This document shows, piece by piece, positions 1 through 8,046 of a stretch of 35,357 nucleotides of DNA; position 1 is the first letter of the stretch; each line of letters opens with the position of its first letter. The DNA lies in NCBI GenBank assembly GCA_020052735.1, contig JAGVON010000076.1:1-35357 (forward strand), written 5' to 3'. The translations under genes were made by a program, and so were the position numbers. The notes below the pieces were generated by a model. The model ran no database searches. It was not told where the DNA came from and saw only the letters and a list, made by a program, of their open reading frames with translations. Source of the stretch: an archaeon. Lineage in GTDB: Archaea; Micrarchaeota; Micrarchaeia; Anstonellales; Bilamarchaeaceae.

Positions 1-995
1 GGGTCCCCGATTAGCAGTATGTGGACGTCGTCCCTCAGGGGCGCATCCCCCTTCATCATCTTGTTCTTGGTGCCGCCGAAAAGCTGGAGCGCAAGCGCCT
101 GTTTCACTTCGTTGTAACCGTAAATTGCGGGGGCGACCGAGGCGATAACCTTCCTTTCAAGGGAAGGGTCGCGCGACAGTTCTATTATTTTTTTTTCTTC
201 TTCCCTGCTTATCTCTATCTCTTCAAAGTCCCTCTTGAGGCTGCGCGCATGGATGGCTTCCACGCACCGCCCGTATACAAATTCCCTCTTTTGTTTTACG
301 TTCGTGGGGATTTTCAGCCTTAGAATTCCGCATACCTCTATGTTTTCCCCGGGCGTTATCTTGTTGACCAGGTCGTCCTCCAGCCAGATCTCCATCTTTG
401 CGGCGAGCGAGCCGCCGCTTACCTTTTCCAGCAAATCCTGGACCTCCGCCTTCTGGAGGTCGGTGAATGTGCCTTCTTCCTCTACCGGGACCAATGCCAG
501 CTTCTTGCATGCGTCGCACTTCTTGGGCTCGTGGAAATTCCTTCCCACCAAAACCTTGTATTCGGTGTCGCATGCCTGGCACTTGTATTTCGCCATTTTC
601 ACCTTGTGCATGACGTCCGTGCGCTTGGTTACGACGCCCCTGAACGTGACGAGCTCGTTGAGGCTCTTGGAGCCGATGTGCTCAATCATTGCGGTATCCG
701 CGGAAGGGCCGTTGAAAAAGCGCACGTGCGGCGAGAAAATGCCCGTGCCGGAAGGGAGGGTCTTGTTCTGGTTTTTTATCGCCTGCTCCGCCGCCTCCAC
801 GACCAGTTCGGGGGACTCTATGAGCGCGTCGCTGAGTGCGGGGTCAAACTTTTCCAGCTCGCCGTAATCCACCTCTATGCTCCTTATCCTGGGGTATGCG
901 AGAAGGACGTCGTTTATCTTTTCCTTATGGATGGTGGTGAAGAACTCCTCGAAGGAGGAGATGAGAGATGATAAGTCCTGGTTTTTGTCCGCCAT
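1..995 (-). CDS. mcm: MCM replicative helicase, 5' part (runs off the left edge)
   Basis: Not in the ORF track. Manual translation from ATG at 995 gives MADKNQDLSS..., a C4 zinc finger (CQAC...CDAC), FTDLQKAEVQD, LEDDLVNKITPGE and APAIYGYNEVKQALALQLFGG...RDDVHILLIGDP (start of Walker A). GGTGG RBS-like motif upstream. Confidence 0.96.
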   Translation of the reverse strand, partial: MADKNQDLSSLISSFEEFFTTIHKEKINDVLLAYPRIRSIEVDYGELEKFDPALSDALIESPELVVEAAEQAIKNQNKTLPSGTGIFSPHVRFFNGPSADTAMIEHIGSKSLNELVTFRGVVTKRTDVMHKVKMAKYKCQACDTEYKVLVGRNFHEPKKCDACKKLALVPVEEEGTFTDLQKAEVQDLLEKVSGGSLAAKMEIWLEDDLVNKITPGENIEVCGILRLKIPTNVKQKREFVYGRCVEAIHARSLKRDFEEIEISREEEKKIIELSRDPSLERKVIASVAPAIYGYNEVKQALALQLFGGTKNKMMKGDAPLRDDVHILLIGD

Positions 996-1157
996 CCGCC
1001 CACCAGAATGTGCGGTCTTGATTTGGTTGGGAGGGTTATAAAAAGTATGGGTGGTTTGTTTCCGGTAATCGTTCGTGTAAGTGCATGGAAGATAAGTATT
1101 AAATTCTGTTGTCCGCAGGTATTTACTTCTCCCAGCATTACACTCAATGATGGGGGA

Positions 1158-1230
1158 GGGGTCGTGAGCTAACCTGGCATGCTGCCAGCTTCGGGAGCTG
1201 GTTGTCTGGGTTCAAATCCCGGCGACCCCA
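1158..1230 (+). tRNA. tRNA-Pro (anticodon CGG), no intron, CCA not encoded
   Basis: 73-nt cloverleaf: acceptor GGGGTCG/CGACCCC, anticodon arm CCAGC-TTCGGGA-GCTGG, T-arm CTGGG-TTCAAAT-CCCGG, discriminator A. Confidence 0.95.
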
Positions 1231-1259
1231 ATAGAATTTCATATTCTCCCCATCGCCCG

Positions 1260-1976
1260 TTACTTCCCGAAAAACAGCGCCTTCACGAAGTCCTTAACTT
1301 CCTCATACATCTCCTTCCCGTTGGGGCTGGGGAGCATGGAGTCTATCTTCCCCATATCTGTATCTGCATAATGGTGGGTGGTCGCAATTATGCGCGGGTC
1401 CACCCTGTTCCTGTTCGCAAGCCGCACCAGCCACATGTAGAATTTCTTACTGTCGTATTCCATGCCTATGCAGGCCCAAGCGTCGTAGAGGTCCTTCGCG
1501 GCACCCCTGCGCGTGAATGCGAGCATCTTCTCCGCGAAAAGGACCTCAAAGGGATAGACGCGGAAGCCCGCGTCTGCAAGGGGATAACCGAGAATCTCAA
1601 ACATTGATTTCGCTTTTTTATATTCCGCTTTTGCGGGGGTGTAGGAACGGGCCAGGTCTATCTGCACCCCATCCGCAGAGAAGCGGTAGAAAATATCGGA
1701 GCGGGTGAGCTCCCTGTAATGCTTGCTGAGCAGGGCGTGGATGGAATCCGTGTTCCTAGCCTCCAGGTCTATATCGTAGGAAAGCCGCTGCTTGTCCCCG
1801 AAATAGAACAGGTTGAGGGCGGTGCCTCCGAAAAGGACCGCCTTCGCCCCTAGAAGGCCGTCCAACTCCCTCAGCGTGGCGAGCACTCCGTAGCCCTTGT
1901 CCAGCTTTTCATGGGAGATGCCCGTCCTTGCGGCCATGTCGCGAAGCACGTTCTCCAGTTCCGGGGGTTTTGCCAT
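1260..1976 (-). CDS. abiEii: AbiEii-family nucleotidyltransferase (type IV TA toxin)
   Basis: Motifs FGGTALNLFY...RLSYDIDL, AEKM and AKDLYD, typical of AbiEii/DUF1814 Pol-beta-superfamily toxins. Confidence 0.88.
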   Translation of the reverse strand: MAKPPELENVLRDMAARTGISHEKLDKGYGVLATLRELDGLLGAKAVLFGGTALNLFYFGDKQRLSYDIDLEARNTDSIHALLSKHYRELTRSDIFYRFSADGVQIDLARSYTPAKAEYKKAKSMFEILGYPLADAGFRVYPFEVLFAEKMLAFTRRGAAKDLYDAWACIGMEYDSKKFYMWLVRLANRNRVDPRIIATTHHYADTDMGKIDSMLPSPNGKEMYEEVKDFVKALFFGK

Positions 1977-1997
1977 GTATCCGTTGTGTATGGGAAC

Positions 1998-2011
1998 ATA
2001 TTTAAATTTAA
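1998..2011. promoter_or_regulatory. Shared bidirectional TATA element for abiEii/abiEi
   Basis: ATATTTAAATTTAA. The TTTAAA core (2001-2006) lies about 25 nt from the abiEii ATG (1976, minus) and about 24 nt from the ATG at 2030 (plus). Confidence 0.55.
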
Positions 2012-2020
2012 GTATCCAAA

Positions 2021-2761
2021 ATGACTAATATGTCACTTTCAACTAAATATTTAAAACAAAGGCTCTTCAGGGAGCTGCCGGACGTCTTCAGCCACAGGAA
2101 CGTCGCCGCGTGGATGCAGGACAGGGCCGCGTTCCGCCTCATTGCGGAGTGGGGGAAGGCAGGCGCCATAAGGAAGGCGGGCAGGGGCATTTATGCGAAG
2201 GTGGGGGGCGACGCCTATCTCATCGCCTCGCAGGTTTTCGGCGGGTACATCTCATTTTCTTCTGCGCTTTACCTGCGGGGCCTCAAGACGGAGACGGAAA
2301 AACGGATTTTTGTTGCCGTGTCATCGGCAAAAAAGCCGCTTGTGCTTTCTTCGGTCACCATAATCCCGGTTCGGATGAAGGGGTTCGTAACTGGATACGG
2401 AATGGTAAAAAGGGAAAAACATGACCTGCCTGTCGCAACAATGCCAAAAACCCTCTTTGACATGTGCCACAGGCCCGGGCATGCGGACTTCTACTGCATG
2501 TACCGGGCGATGAACTGGAATCCTTTCGCAAAAGAGGATTGGGAAGAGCTGCTCGGGTATGCAAGGATGGCGCCCCTCAGCACGGTGAGGAGGATCGGGT
2601 ACATCACGGAGGGGAAGGCGCCCGCGTGGTTCATCAAAAAGCTGGAGAAGCTGAACAAGCCCATGGGGGTTTCTTTTCTTTACGGGAAGGGAGGGCATTA
2701 CGACAGGAAGTGGCGCATATATGATGAGCAGAGGGTAAGAAGGTGGGTTGGGGAGGAATAG
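2021..2761 (+). CDS. abiEi: AbiEi-family antitoxin / wHTH transcriptional regulator (start may be 2030)
   Basis: N-terminal wHTH ending IRKAGRGIY, followed by GYISFSSALYLRGL and VATMPKTLFD (AbiEi-like signatures). Adjacent to abiEii. Confidence 0.82.
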   Translation: MTNMSLSTKYLKQRLFRELPDVFSHRNVAAWMQDRAAFRLIAEWGKAGAIRKAGRGIYAKVGGDAYLIASQVFGGYISFSSALYLRGLKTETEKRIFVAVSSAKKPLVLSSVTIIPVRMKGFVTGYGMVKREKHDLPVATMPKTLFDMCHRPGHADFYCMYRAMNWNPFAKEDWEELLGYARMAPLSTVRRIGYITEGKAPAWFIKKLEKLNKPMGVSFLYGKGGHYDRKWRIYDEQRVRRWVGEE

Positions 2762-2764
2762 GCT

Positions 2765-4042
2765 TCAGGCGGGCTTTATCTCCACCTTCATCATTTCCGA
2801 GACGATCCTCGCGAGGAATTGCTTCCCTTTTTCGGTAAGCGCACCGCGGCACTCATCCTCTTCCTTCAACAGACCATTCTGCTTTAGGAATTCCACCGAT
2901 GGCTCCCACCAGTCGGTATCGACCATATTTCCGAAGACGAGCGGCATGAGGGAGACGCGTATGTCAAGCCCGGCTTTCGCAAGGCTTGCGAACTGTTCGT
3001 CTTCCATCAGGCTGTCCACCACGTTTGCGAATGGGGGGCTGAAGTGCCTGAAAGCAGGCATTTTGGAAAGCACTCTTTCCGAAGCGACATTGGTCACGTG
3101 GAGAAGGAATGCAACCTTGTGCACCAACTGTTCCATGGAAACGCCGGATATGCCAAACTCCCGGGCTATTTCGTCCAGCGGGATGGCTGTAAGGAGCGCT
3201 CTCACCTTGATTTGGGTGGACGCATCGTGGCAATAGCTTTCCATGCACGCCTCACCGCACTCGGCTCCTATGATCTGTAACGGAGCAAGATCCTGGAGCC
3301 GCCCGGATTTTGCCAGGTTCTGTATCGTGGCTGCCGACCATATGTGGCCAAGCACGCTGCTGGGCTGGAACGCTTCAAAATCGCCTGCATATTTGTCCGT
3401 GAAATAGGAAAGCGCATGCGCAAGAACCCAGGCGCGGGAAATGGTTATGAGGTGCCCTGTTGCCGCAGCGCCCACCTCATGCGGCACGGCATTCTTATCC
3501 CCGGGATTGGAGTTGAGATATAAGTTCGCGAGGAATTCGAAAATCTCATGCGCGAAGAACACCTTCCCGGCCTCCAGCGCCATGTGCCCCACGCTGAGCA
3601 TCTCGGCGGGGGTTATGGCCCCTTCAGCAATGTCGCTCCGCACTATGGAGTCCAGGTAGAAAAAGCGGTCGCCTAGCCTGTTCGCGAGTTTCTCCGCTTT
3701 CCTGCCCAGGCTGGCTTCCGGGGCCTTCTGCCCGCAAATTTTCTTGAACTCATCCCGCGCCGGGGGGGCCATTTTCATTACTATTTGCTTTGGGTCGCGC
3801 CCGCCTAACCTTGCATTCGGGTCGGGCAAGCCCAGTACTGCGCTCACCAAGGTCGCAAAACCGCCGCTTCTGTCCATTGGGGCGGGGCGGGGAAACGCGA
3901 GGGCGCGCATTTCATCACGTTCCTCCGGTTCCGCCGGAATGTTCCTGCCGTGCCTGAACCTCCCCAGGCCCGTTTTTGCATCAGGGCCTGAACCACGCGC
4001 TTCCGCCCTTTCTCTGCATTCATCAGCATGTAATCTGCGCAT
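2765..4042 (-). CDS. Hypothetical protein (basic disordered N-terminus, possible C-terminal winged-helix fragment)
   Basis: 425-aa ORF that fills the gap, with a TATA-like TTTAAATATATAA about 30 nt upstream. The C-terminal LKQNGLL...LTEKGKQFL resembles a wHTH wing. No family recognised. Confidence 0.6.
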   Translation of the reverse strand: MRRLHADECRERAEARGSGPDAKTGLGRFRHGRNIPAEPEERDEMRALAFPRPAPMDRSGGFATLVSAVLGLPDPNARLGGRDPKQIVMKMAPPARDEFKKICGQKAPEASLGRKAEKLANRLGDRFFYLDSIVRSDIAEGAITPAEMLSVGHMALEAGKVFFAHEIFEFLANLYLNSNPGDKNAVPHEVGAAATGHLITISRAWVLAHALSYFTDKYAGDFEAFQPSSVLGHIWSAATIQNLAKSGRLQDLAPLQIIGAECGEACMESYCHDASTQIKVRALLTAIPLDEIAREFGISGVSMEQLVHKVAFLLHVTNVASERVLSKMPAFRHFSPPFANVVDSLMEDEQFASLAKAGLDIRVSLMPLVFGNMVDTDWWEPSVEFLKQNGLLKEEDECRGALTEKGKQFLARIVSEMMKVEIKPA

Positions 4043-4091
4043 AGAAACCGGAATTATTGTGTCCGGAACTGTTTAAATATATAAGAGATAA

Positions 4092-4796
4092 TCAGGCGAG
4101 CGTTATCTCTATTCTCTCTTTCCCTTTTCCGAGGTTCTTTCTTTTGAGCTTTAGGGCGCCGATTTCCCTCAAATTCTTCAGATGCGTACCTCCGCAGGGG
4201 CACTTCCATTCGCCCATTTCCCACCAGCGGCGTTCGGAGTTTCCAGTTTCCACATCGCTGCTGCGATGACCGGCAGAATTCTGCGGAATTCCGCCATCCA
4301 GTTGCCCGTTTCCAGTCTCGTAATAGGTTTTGATTTCCATTCCTTTGGAGATTAGTTCATTCACTTCCTTTTCCAGTTCCAGAAGGATGGATGAAACGGA
4401 TTCCGGGAATTCGTAATCTATTCTTGATTTTTCATTTGTAACGTTGGAGCCAATCAACTTTTTTACGCCGGTTTTCCTTTCAAAAAGGAACCATACAATA
4501 TGAGCGGCGGTGTGCAATTTCATTATTCTGTAGCGCTTATCCCAGTCAATAGCCACGCGGACTTCTTGTCCAGGTGCAAAAGTTGGCGGCGACTCTAATA
4601 TGTAAGTTATGCTCCCGTCCGCCTCCTTCCTTGCCTCCTTTACAGGGATTCCGCCAACCGTCCCGGAATCGGATTCCTGCCCACCGGAAAAGGCGAAGAA
4701 AATGGATTGGGAGAGCTTTACTTCGTTGCCGTTGATTGATTCCACTATTGCGGTGCATTCCTTGAGGTAAGGGTCTTCCCAGAATAATTTCCTCAT
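4092..4796 (-). CDS. alaX: Alanyl-tRNA editing protein AlaX (AlaX-M type)
   Basis: MRKLFWEDPY start, FFAFSGGQESDSG, zinc ligands MKLHTAAH and CPCGGTH, C-terminal KGKERIEI. Start moved from 4859 to ATG 4796. Confidence 0.93.
   Translation of the reverse strand: MRKLFWEDPYLKECTAIVESINGNEVKLSQSIFFAFSGGQESDSGTVGGIPVKEARKEADGSITYILESPPTFAPGQEVRVAIDWDKRYRIMKLHTAAHIVWFLFERKTGVKKLIGSNVTNEKSRIDYEFPESVSSILLELEKEVNELISKGMEIKTYYETGNGQLDGGIPQNSAGHRSSDVETGNSERRWWEMGEWKCPCGGTHLKNLREIGALKLKRKNLGKGKERIEITLA
4239..4316. repeat. In-frame 69-bp palindromic insertion bounded by a 9-bp direct repeat inside alaX
   Basis: GTTTCCAGT occurs at 4239 and 4308. Between them: hairpin CATCGC-TGCT-GCGATG and overlapping palindromes GCAGAATTCTGC and GCGGAATTCCGC. 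Confidence 0.7.
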
Positions 4797-4857
4797 AAGC
4801 GGATTAGTAATGGCAATTATTTTAAACCTGATAAGAGCAGGCAGAAGAGGTGTAACC

Positions 4858-6264
4858 ATGGCATACGGAGGATATACTTATTTTGATGCGAAATATGAGC
4901 CTGCGAAGGATGATTTTATCGTCCTCATATGGGCAAAGGGAACTGCGCCAATAGAGAAGATAGCGGAAGGGATCGCCTCGGAAAGCAGCGTGGGCACCTG
5001 GACCAAATTGAAAACGATGAACCAGTTCGTTTGGGAGCACCTGCGTGCGAGGGTTTTCAAGATACATAACGTGGGCAAGAACGCTGGCTTCATCTGGATC
5101 GCTTATCCGTATGAGCACTTTGACTCCAAAAACATAATGCAGTTCTGCGCCTCCGTGATGGGCAACATCTTCGGGCTGAAGGAACTGGAAGAATTGTATG
5201 TGTGCGACATAAAATTCCCCCTGAAATACCAAAAACAATTCCCGGGGCCGAAAGCCGGGATGGAGGGGGTAAGGAGGTATGTGGGCACGGAAAAGAGCAG
5301 GAGGCCCCATACCGGAACTATTCCTAAACCAAAAGTTGGGCTGAACCCGAAGGAATTCGCGCATGTTGCGTATGAGAGCTGGATTGGCGGCCTGGATTTC
5401 GTAAAAGATGATGAGAACCTAGTGGACCAGAAGTTCTGCCCGTTCAAGGAAAGATTCCATGAGGTTGTGAATGCCGCTGAACGGGTGGAGAAGGAGACGG
5501 GGCGGAAGGTGCTCTATTCTCCAAATATTTCGGACAGGTACGACCGGATGATGGACAGGATGGATTACGTGAAGGCGCACGGATGGCCGATGGTGATGAT
5601 GGATGTTTATCTAATGGGCTTTTCCGTGCTTCCGATGGCGCTGGAGCAGGCGCACAGATACAATCTCTTTACGCATGCCCACCGCGCGGGGTATGCAGCG
5701 GCGCACAGGGGGAATTACGGGGCCAACTTTGTGATTTATGAGAAGTATTACAGGATGCTGGGGGTGGACCAGCTGCACATAGGGACCGGAGTTGGGAAGA
5801 TGGAGGGCGGCCCCCTCTTGATTAAGAGATTGCACCAGGTTGCGGATGAGAAAAAGGGGCCGGCGAAAATGTATCTGGGAATGCTGGACTTTGAATGGGC
5901 TCCACATATCAAACCGATATTCTCCGTATCTTCCGGAGGGATGGATGCGGGGAAAGTGGAGGCCTCGGTCGCCCTGCACGGAAGGGACGTGGTGGTGCAG
6001 GCAGGAGGCGGGATACATGGGCATCCCCTGGGAACCCGCGGAGGGGCTGCTTCCATGCGGCAGGCCGTGGATGCGGTTGCGAAGGGCATTTCCCTTCCAG
6101 CTTATGCGAAAACACATAAGGAACTGAAAATGGCGCTGGACAAATTCGGGTATGTAAGCCCGAAAGCCGTGTTGAAGGAACTGGCGGATGAAAAGAAGAA
6201 TTGCAAAAAGATGGATGCGGAAGTCCTGAGGCAAGGGAGAGGGGGGATGGAAAAGTATTCGTGA
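4858..6264 (+). CDS. rbcL: RuBisCO large subunit, form III / III-like
   Basis: ESSVGTW, GNIFG, TIPKPKVG, GLDFVKDDE, HAHRAG, QLHIGTGVGKMEG, SSGG and QAGGG. GAGGTG RBS before ATG 4858. Confidence 0.95.
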   Translation: MAYGGYTYFDAKYEPAKDDFIVLIWAKGTAPIEKIAEGIASESSVGTWTKLKTMNQFVWEHLRARVFKIHNVGKNAGFIWIAYPYEHFDSKNIMQFCASVMGNIFGLKELEELYVCDIKFPLKYQKQFPGPKAGMEGVRRYVGTEKSRRPHTGTIPKPKVGLNPKEFAHVAYESWIGGLDFVKDDENLVDQKFCPFKERFHEVVNAAERVEKETGRKVLYSPNISDRYDRMMDRMDYVKAHGWPMVMMDVYLMGFSVLPMALEQAHRYNLFTHAHRAGYAAAHRGNYGANFVIYEKYYRMLGVDQLHIGTGVGKMEGGPLLIKRLHQVADEKKGPAKMYLGMLDFEWAPHIKPIFSVSSGGMDAGKVEASVALHGRDVVVQAGGGIHGHPLGTRGGAASMRQAVDAVAKGISLPAYAKTHKELKMALDKFGYVSPKAVLKELADEKKNCKKMDAEVLRQGRGGMEKYS

Positions 6265-6270
6265 ATTGTT

Positions 6271-8046
6271 TCAAAAGAAGAACGTATCAAGGATGTGCGC
6301 CGCAACGGCTCCCAGCAGCACCGCGAATACCATCTCAAAAACCGAGATCGCGAGCGCCTTCTTCCAGCCGAATTCCCTCCTTAGCGTCTCTATCGTTGCG
6401 AGGCAGGGGATGTAGAATATCGTGACAATCGTCAGGACGACCATCTGCACGGGCGTGAAGAGTGCGCCGAGGTCCGCAGTCCCGTAGAGGATTGCGGGGA
6501 CGATTATCACCATCTCCTTGCGCACAATCCCGAAGAGGAGGAGCGTGCCGGCGAACGCGGGGAGCCCGAGCCAGCCCACCGTCACCGGGGAAAGGATGGA
6601 ATCCAGGGCGCCGAGGGCGCCGGCAAGCTGGAGAAGGGCGAGCAGGAGCCCTCCCGCCATATAGTATGGGAATACGATGGTGAGCAGGGATTTCGTGCGG
6701 AAGATTGTCTGCTTCACGACCACGGAAAGGGAAGGCATCCTGTAGCGCGGCATCTCCATTATGAGGCCCACGGGCTCCCCGGGAAGGATTTTGAACGCCA
6801 GTTTTGCGAGGATTGCGACCACCACGAGGTTCAGCGCATAAATTGCGAGGGCCCACTGGATTCCGAGGAAGGCGCCCACGAGCGCGAGGATTACAACGGT
6901 GCGGGCGGTGCAGGGGATCAGCGTGACCGCAAAGGCGGTGATGAGGCGGTCGCGCTCGTATTCCATCATCCTGCAGCCGATGCATGCGGGAACATTGCAT
7001 CCGTATCCGAGGAGGAGGGGGATTATCGCCTTCCCGTGGAAGCCGATGCGGTGGGCAAGCCCGTCCAGCAGGTAGGCGACGCGGGTAATGTAGCCGGTGT
7101 CCTCAAGGATGGAGAGCAGGAAGTAAAAGGGGAGCACGAATGGGAGCACGAGCGTGAGCCCGGCCACGAAGCCGCCCACCAGCCCTTCCCAGATGAGGTT
7201 CTCGGCAAGCGCGGAAGGCGGAGGGCGGAATGCGTTGAAGAAATTCCCGATTTCGGAGGAAAGGAAGCCGCCAACGGTGAAGATGGAATAGAAGACGCCC
7301 CCGAGCACAAGGAACATTATGGCATAGCCGAAGAGCCCGTGCGTTGTAATGTCATCAAGCCTTTCCGCCAGGCCGTCAGCTGGGGGTGCGGATTCCTGCA
7401 CCTTTGATGCGATTTTTGCCGCCTTGGCGTATATGCACTTGCTCAGTGCAATGGATGGGGATTTGGGGCAGGGCTTGCATACGCCACGCTTTGCTTTTTT
7501 GCCCGTGGAATCCATGCAGCGCAGGATGAGCTCCTGCACGCCCACGCCCTTTGTGGCCACCGTGGGCACGACCGGGACGCCCAGGAGGCGGGAAAGTTTT
7601 TTCGCGTCTATCCTGATGCCCCTCCTGCGGGCGACGTCCGCCTGGTTCAGTGCGATTACGACCGGGACGCCCAGCCCAAGGAGCTGCAGCGTGAAGAAGA
7701 GGTTGCGCTCAAGCGCGGCGCTGTCTATCACGTTGATCACCGCGTCCGGCTTTTCCTTCAGGATGTATTCCTCGCTGACGCGCTCCTCAAGCGAGAAGGT
7801 GGAGAAGGAGTAGATGCCGGGCAGGTCTATCACCCCAATCTCACAATCATGGAAAAGGAGCTTCCCCTCCGCCATCTCCACGGTCTTCCCCGGCCAGTTC
7901 GCGACGTGCTGGGACATCCCCGTGAGGTGGTTGAAGAGGGCGCTCTTGCCCACGTTCGCGTTCCCTGCGAGGGCAAACTTCAGTTTTTTTGCGCCGGGGG
8001 CGGCAGCGCCGCTGCGGCGCGGCGTGCAGCAGGGAACGGACGTCAC
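6271..8046 (-). CDS. feoB: Ferrous iron transporter FeoB (short, 591 aa)
   Basis: G1 GNANVGKS, G2 NWPGKTV, G3 DLPG, G4 NQAD, gate motifs LEDTGY and GYGCNVP, MEMPRY, C-terminal YIPCLAT. Confidence 0.95.
   Translation of the reverse strand: MTSVPCCTPRRSGAAAPGAKKLKFALAGNANVGKSALFNHLTGMSQHVANWPGKTVEMAEGKLLFHDCEIGVIDLPGIYSFSTFSLEERVSEEYILKEKPDAVINVIDSAALERNLFFTLQLLGLGVPVVIALNQADVARRRGIRIDAKKLSRLLGVPVVPTVATKGVGVQELILRCMDSTGKKAKRGVCKPCPKSPSIALSKCIYAKAAKIASKVQESAPPADGLAERLDDITTHGLFGYAIMFLVLGGVFYSIFTVGGFLSSEIGNFFNAFRPPPSALAENLIWEGLVGGFVAGLTLVLPFVLPFYFLLSILEDTGYITRVAYLLDGLAHRIGFHGKAIIPLLLGYGCNVPACIGCRMMEYERDRLITAFAVTLIPCTARTVVILALVGAFLGIQWALAIYALNLVVVAILAKLAFKILPGEPVGLIMEMPRYRMPSLSVVVKQTIFRTKSLLTIVFPYYMAGGLLLALLQLAGALGALDSILSPVTVGWLGLPAFAGTLLLFGIVRKEMVIIVPAILYGTADLGALFTPVQMVVLTIVTIFYIPCLATIETLRREFGWKKALAISVFEMVFAVLLGAVAAHILDTFFF

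Noticed and set aside
21-1147. Track ORFs 21..323, 223..582, 235..867, 531..971 and 914..1147
   Set aside because: Shadows of the minus-strand mcm frame, which the track missed because it is truncated.
996-1157. Possible replication origin next to mcm
   Set aside because: No ORB-like repeats or cdc6/orc1 gene. The AT-rich patches are explained by divergent mcm and tRNA promoters.
4797-4859. Overlapping N-terminal extensions of alaX and rbcL in the ORF track
   Set aside because: Homology-consistent starts are 4796 and 4858; the interval is a divergent promoter.
4858-6264. Calvin cycle / autotrophy, or a form IV RuBisCO-like protein
   Set aside because: No PRK or small subunit is in view, and the catalytic residues are complete, which fits form III-type salvage.
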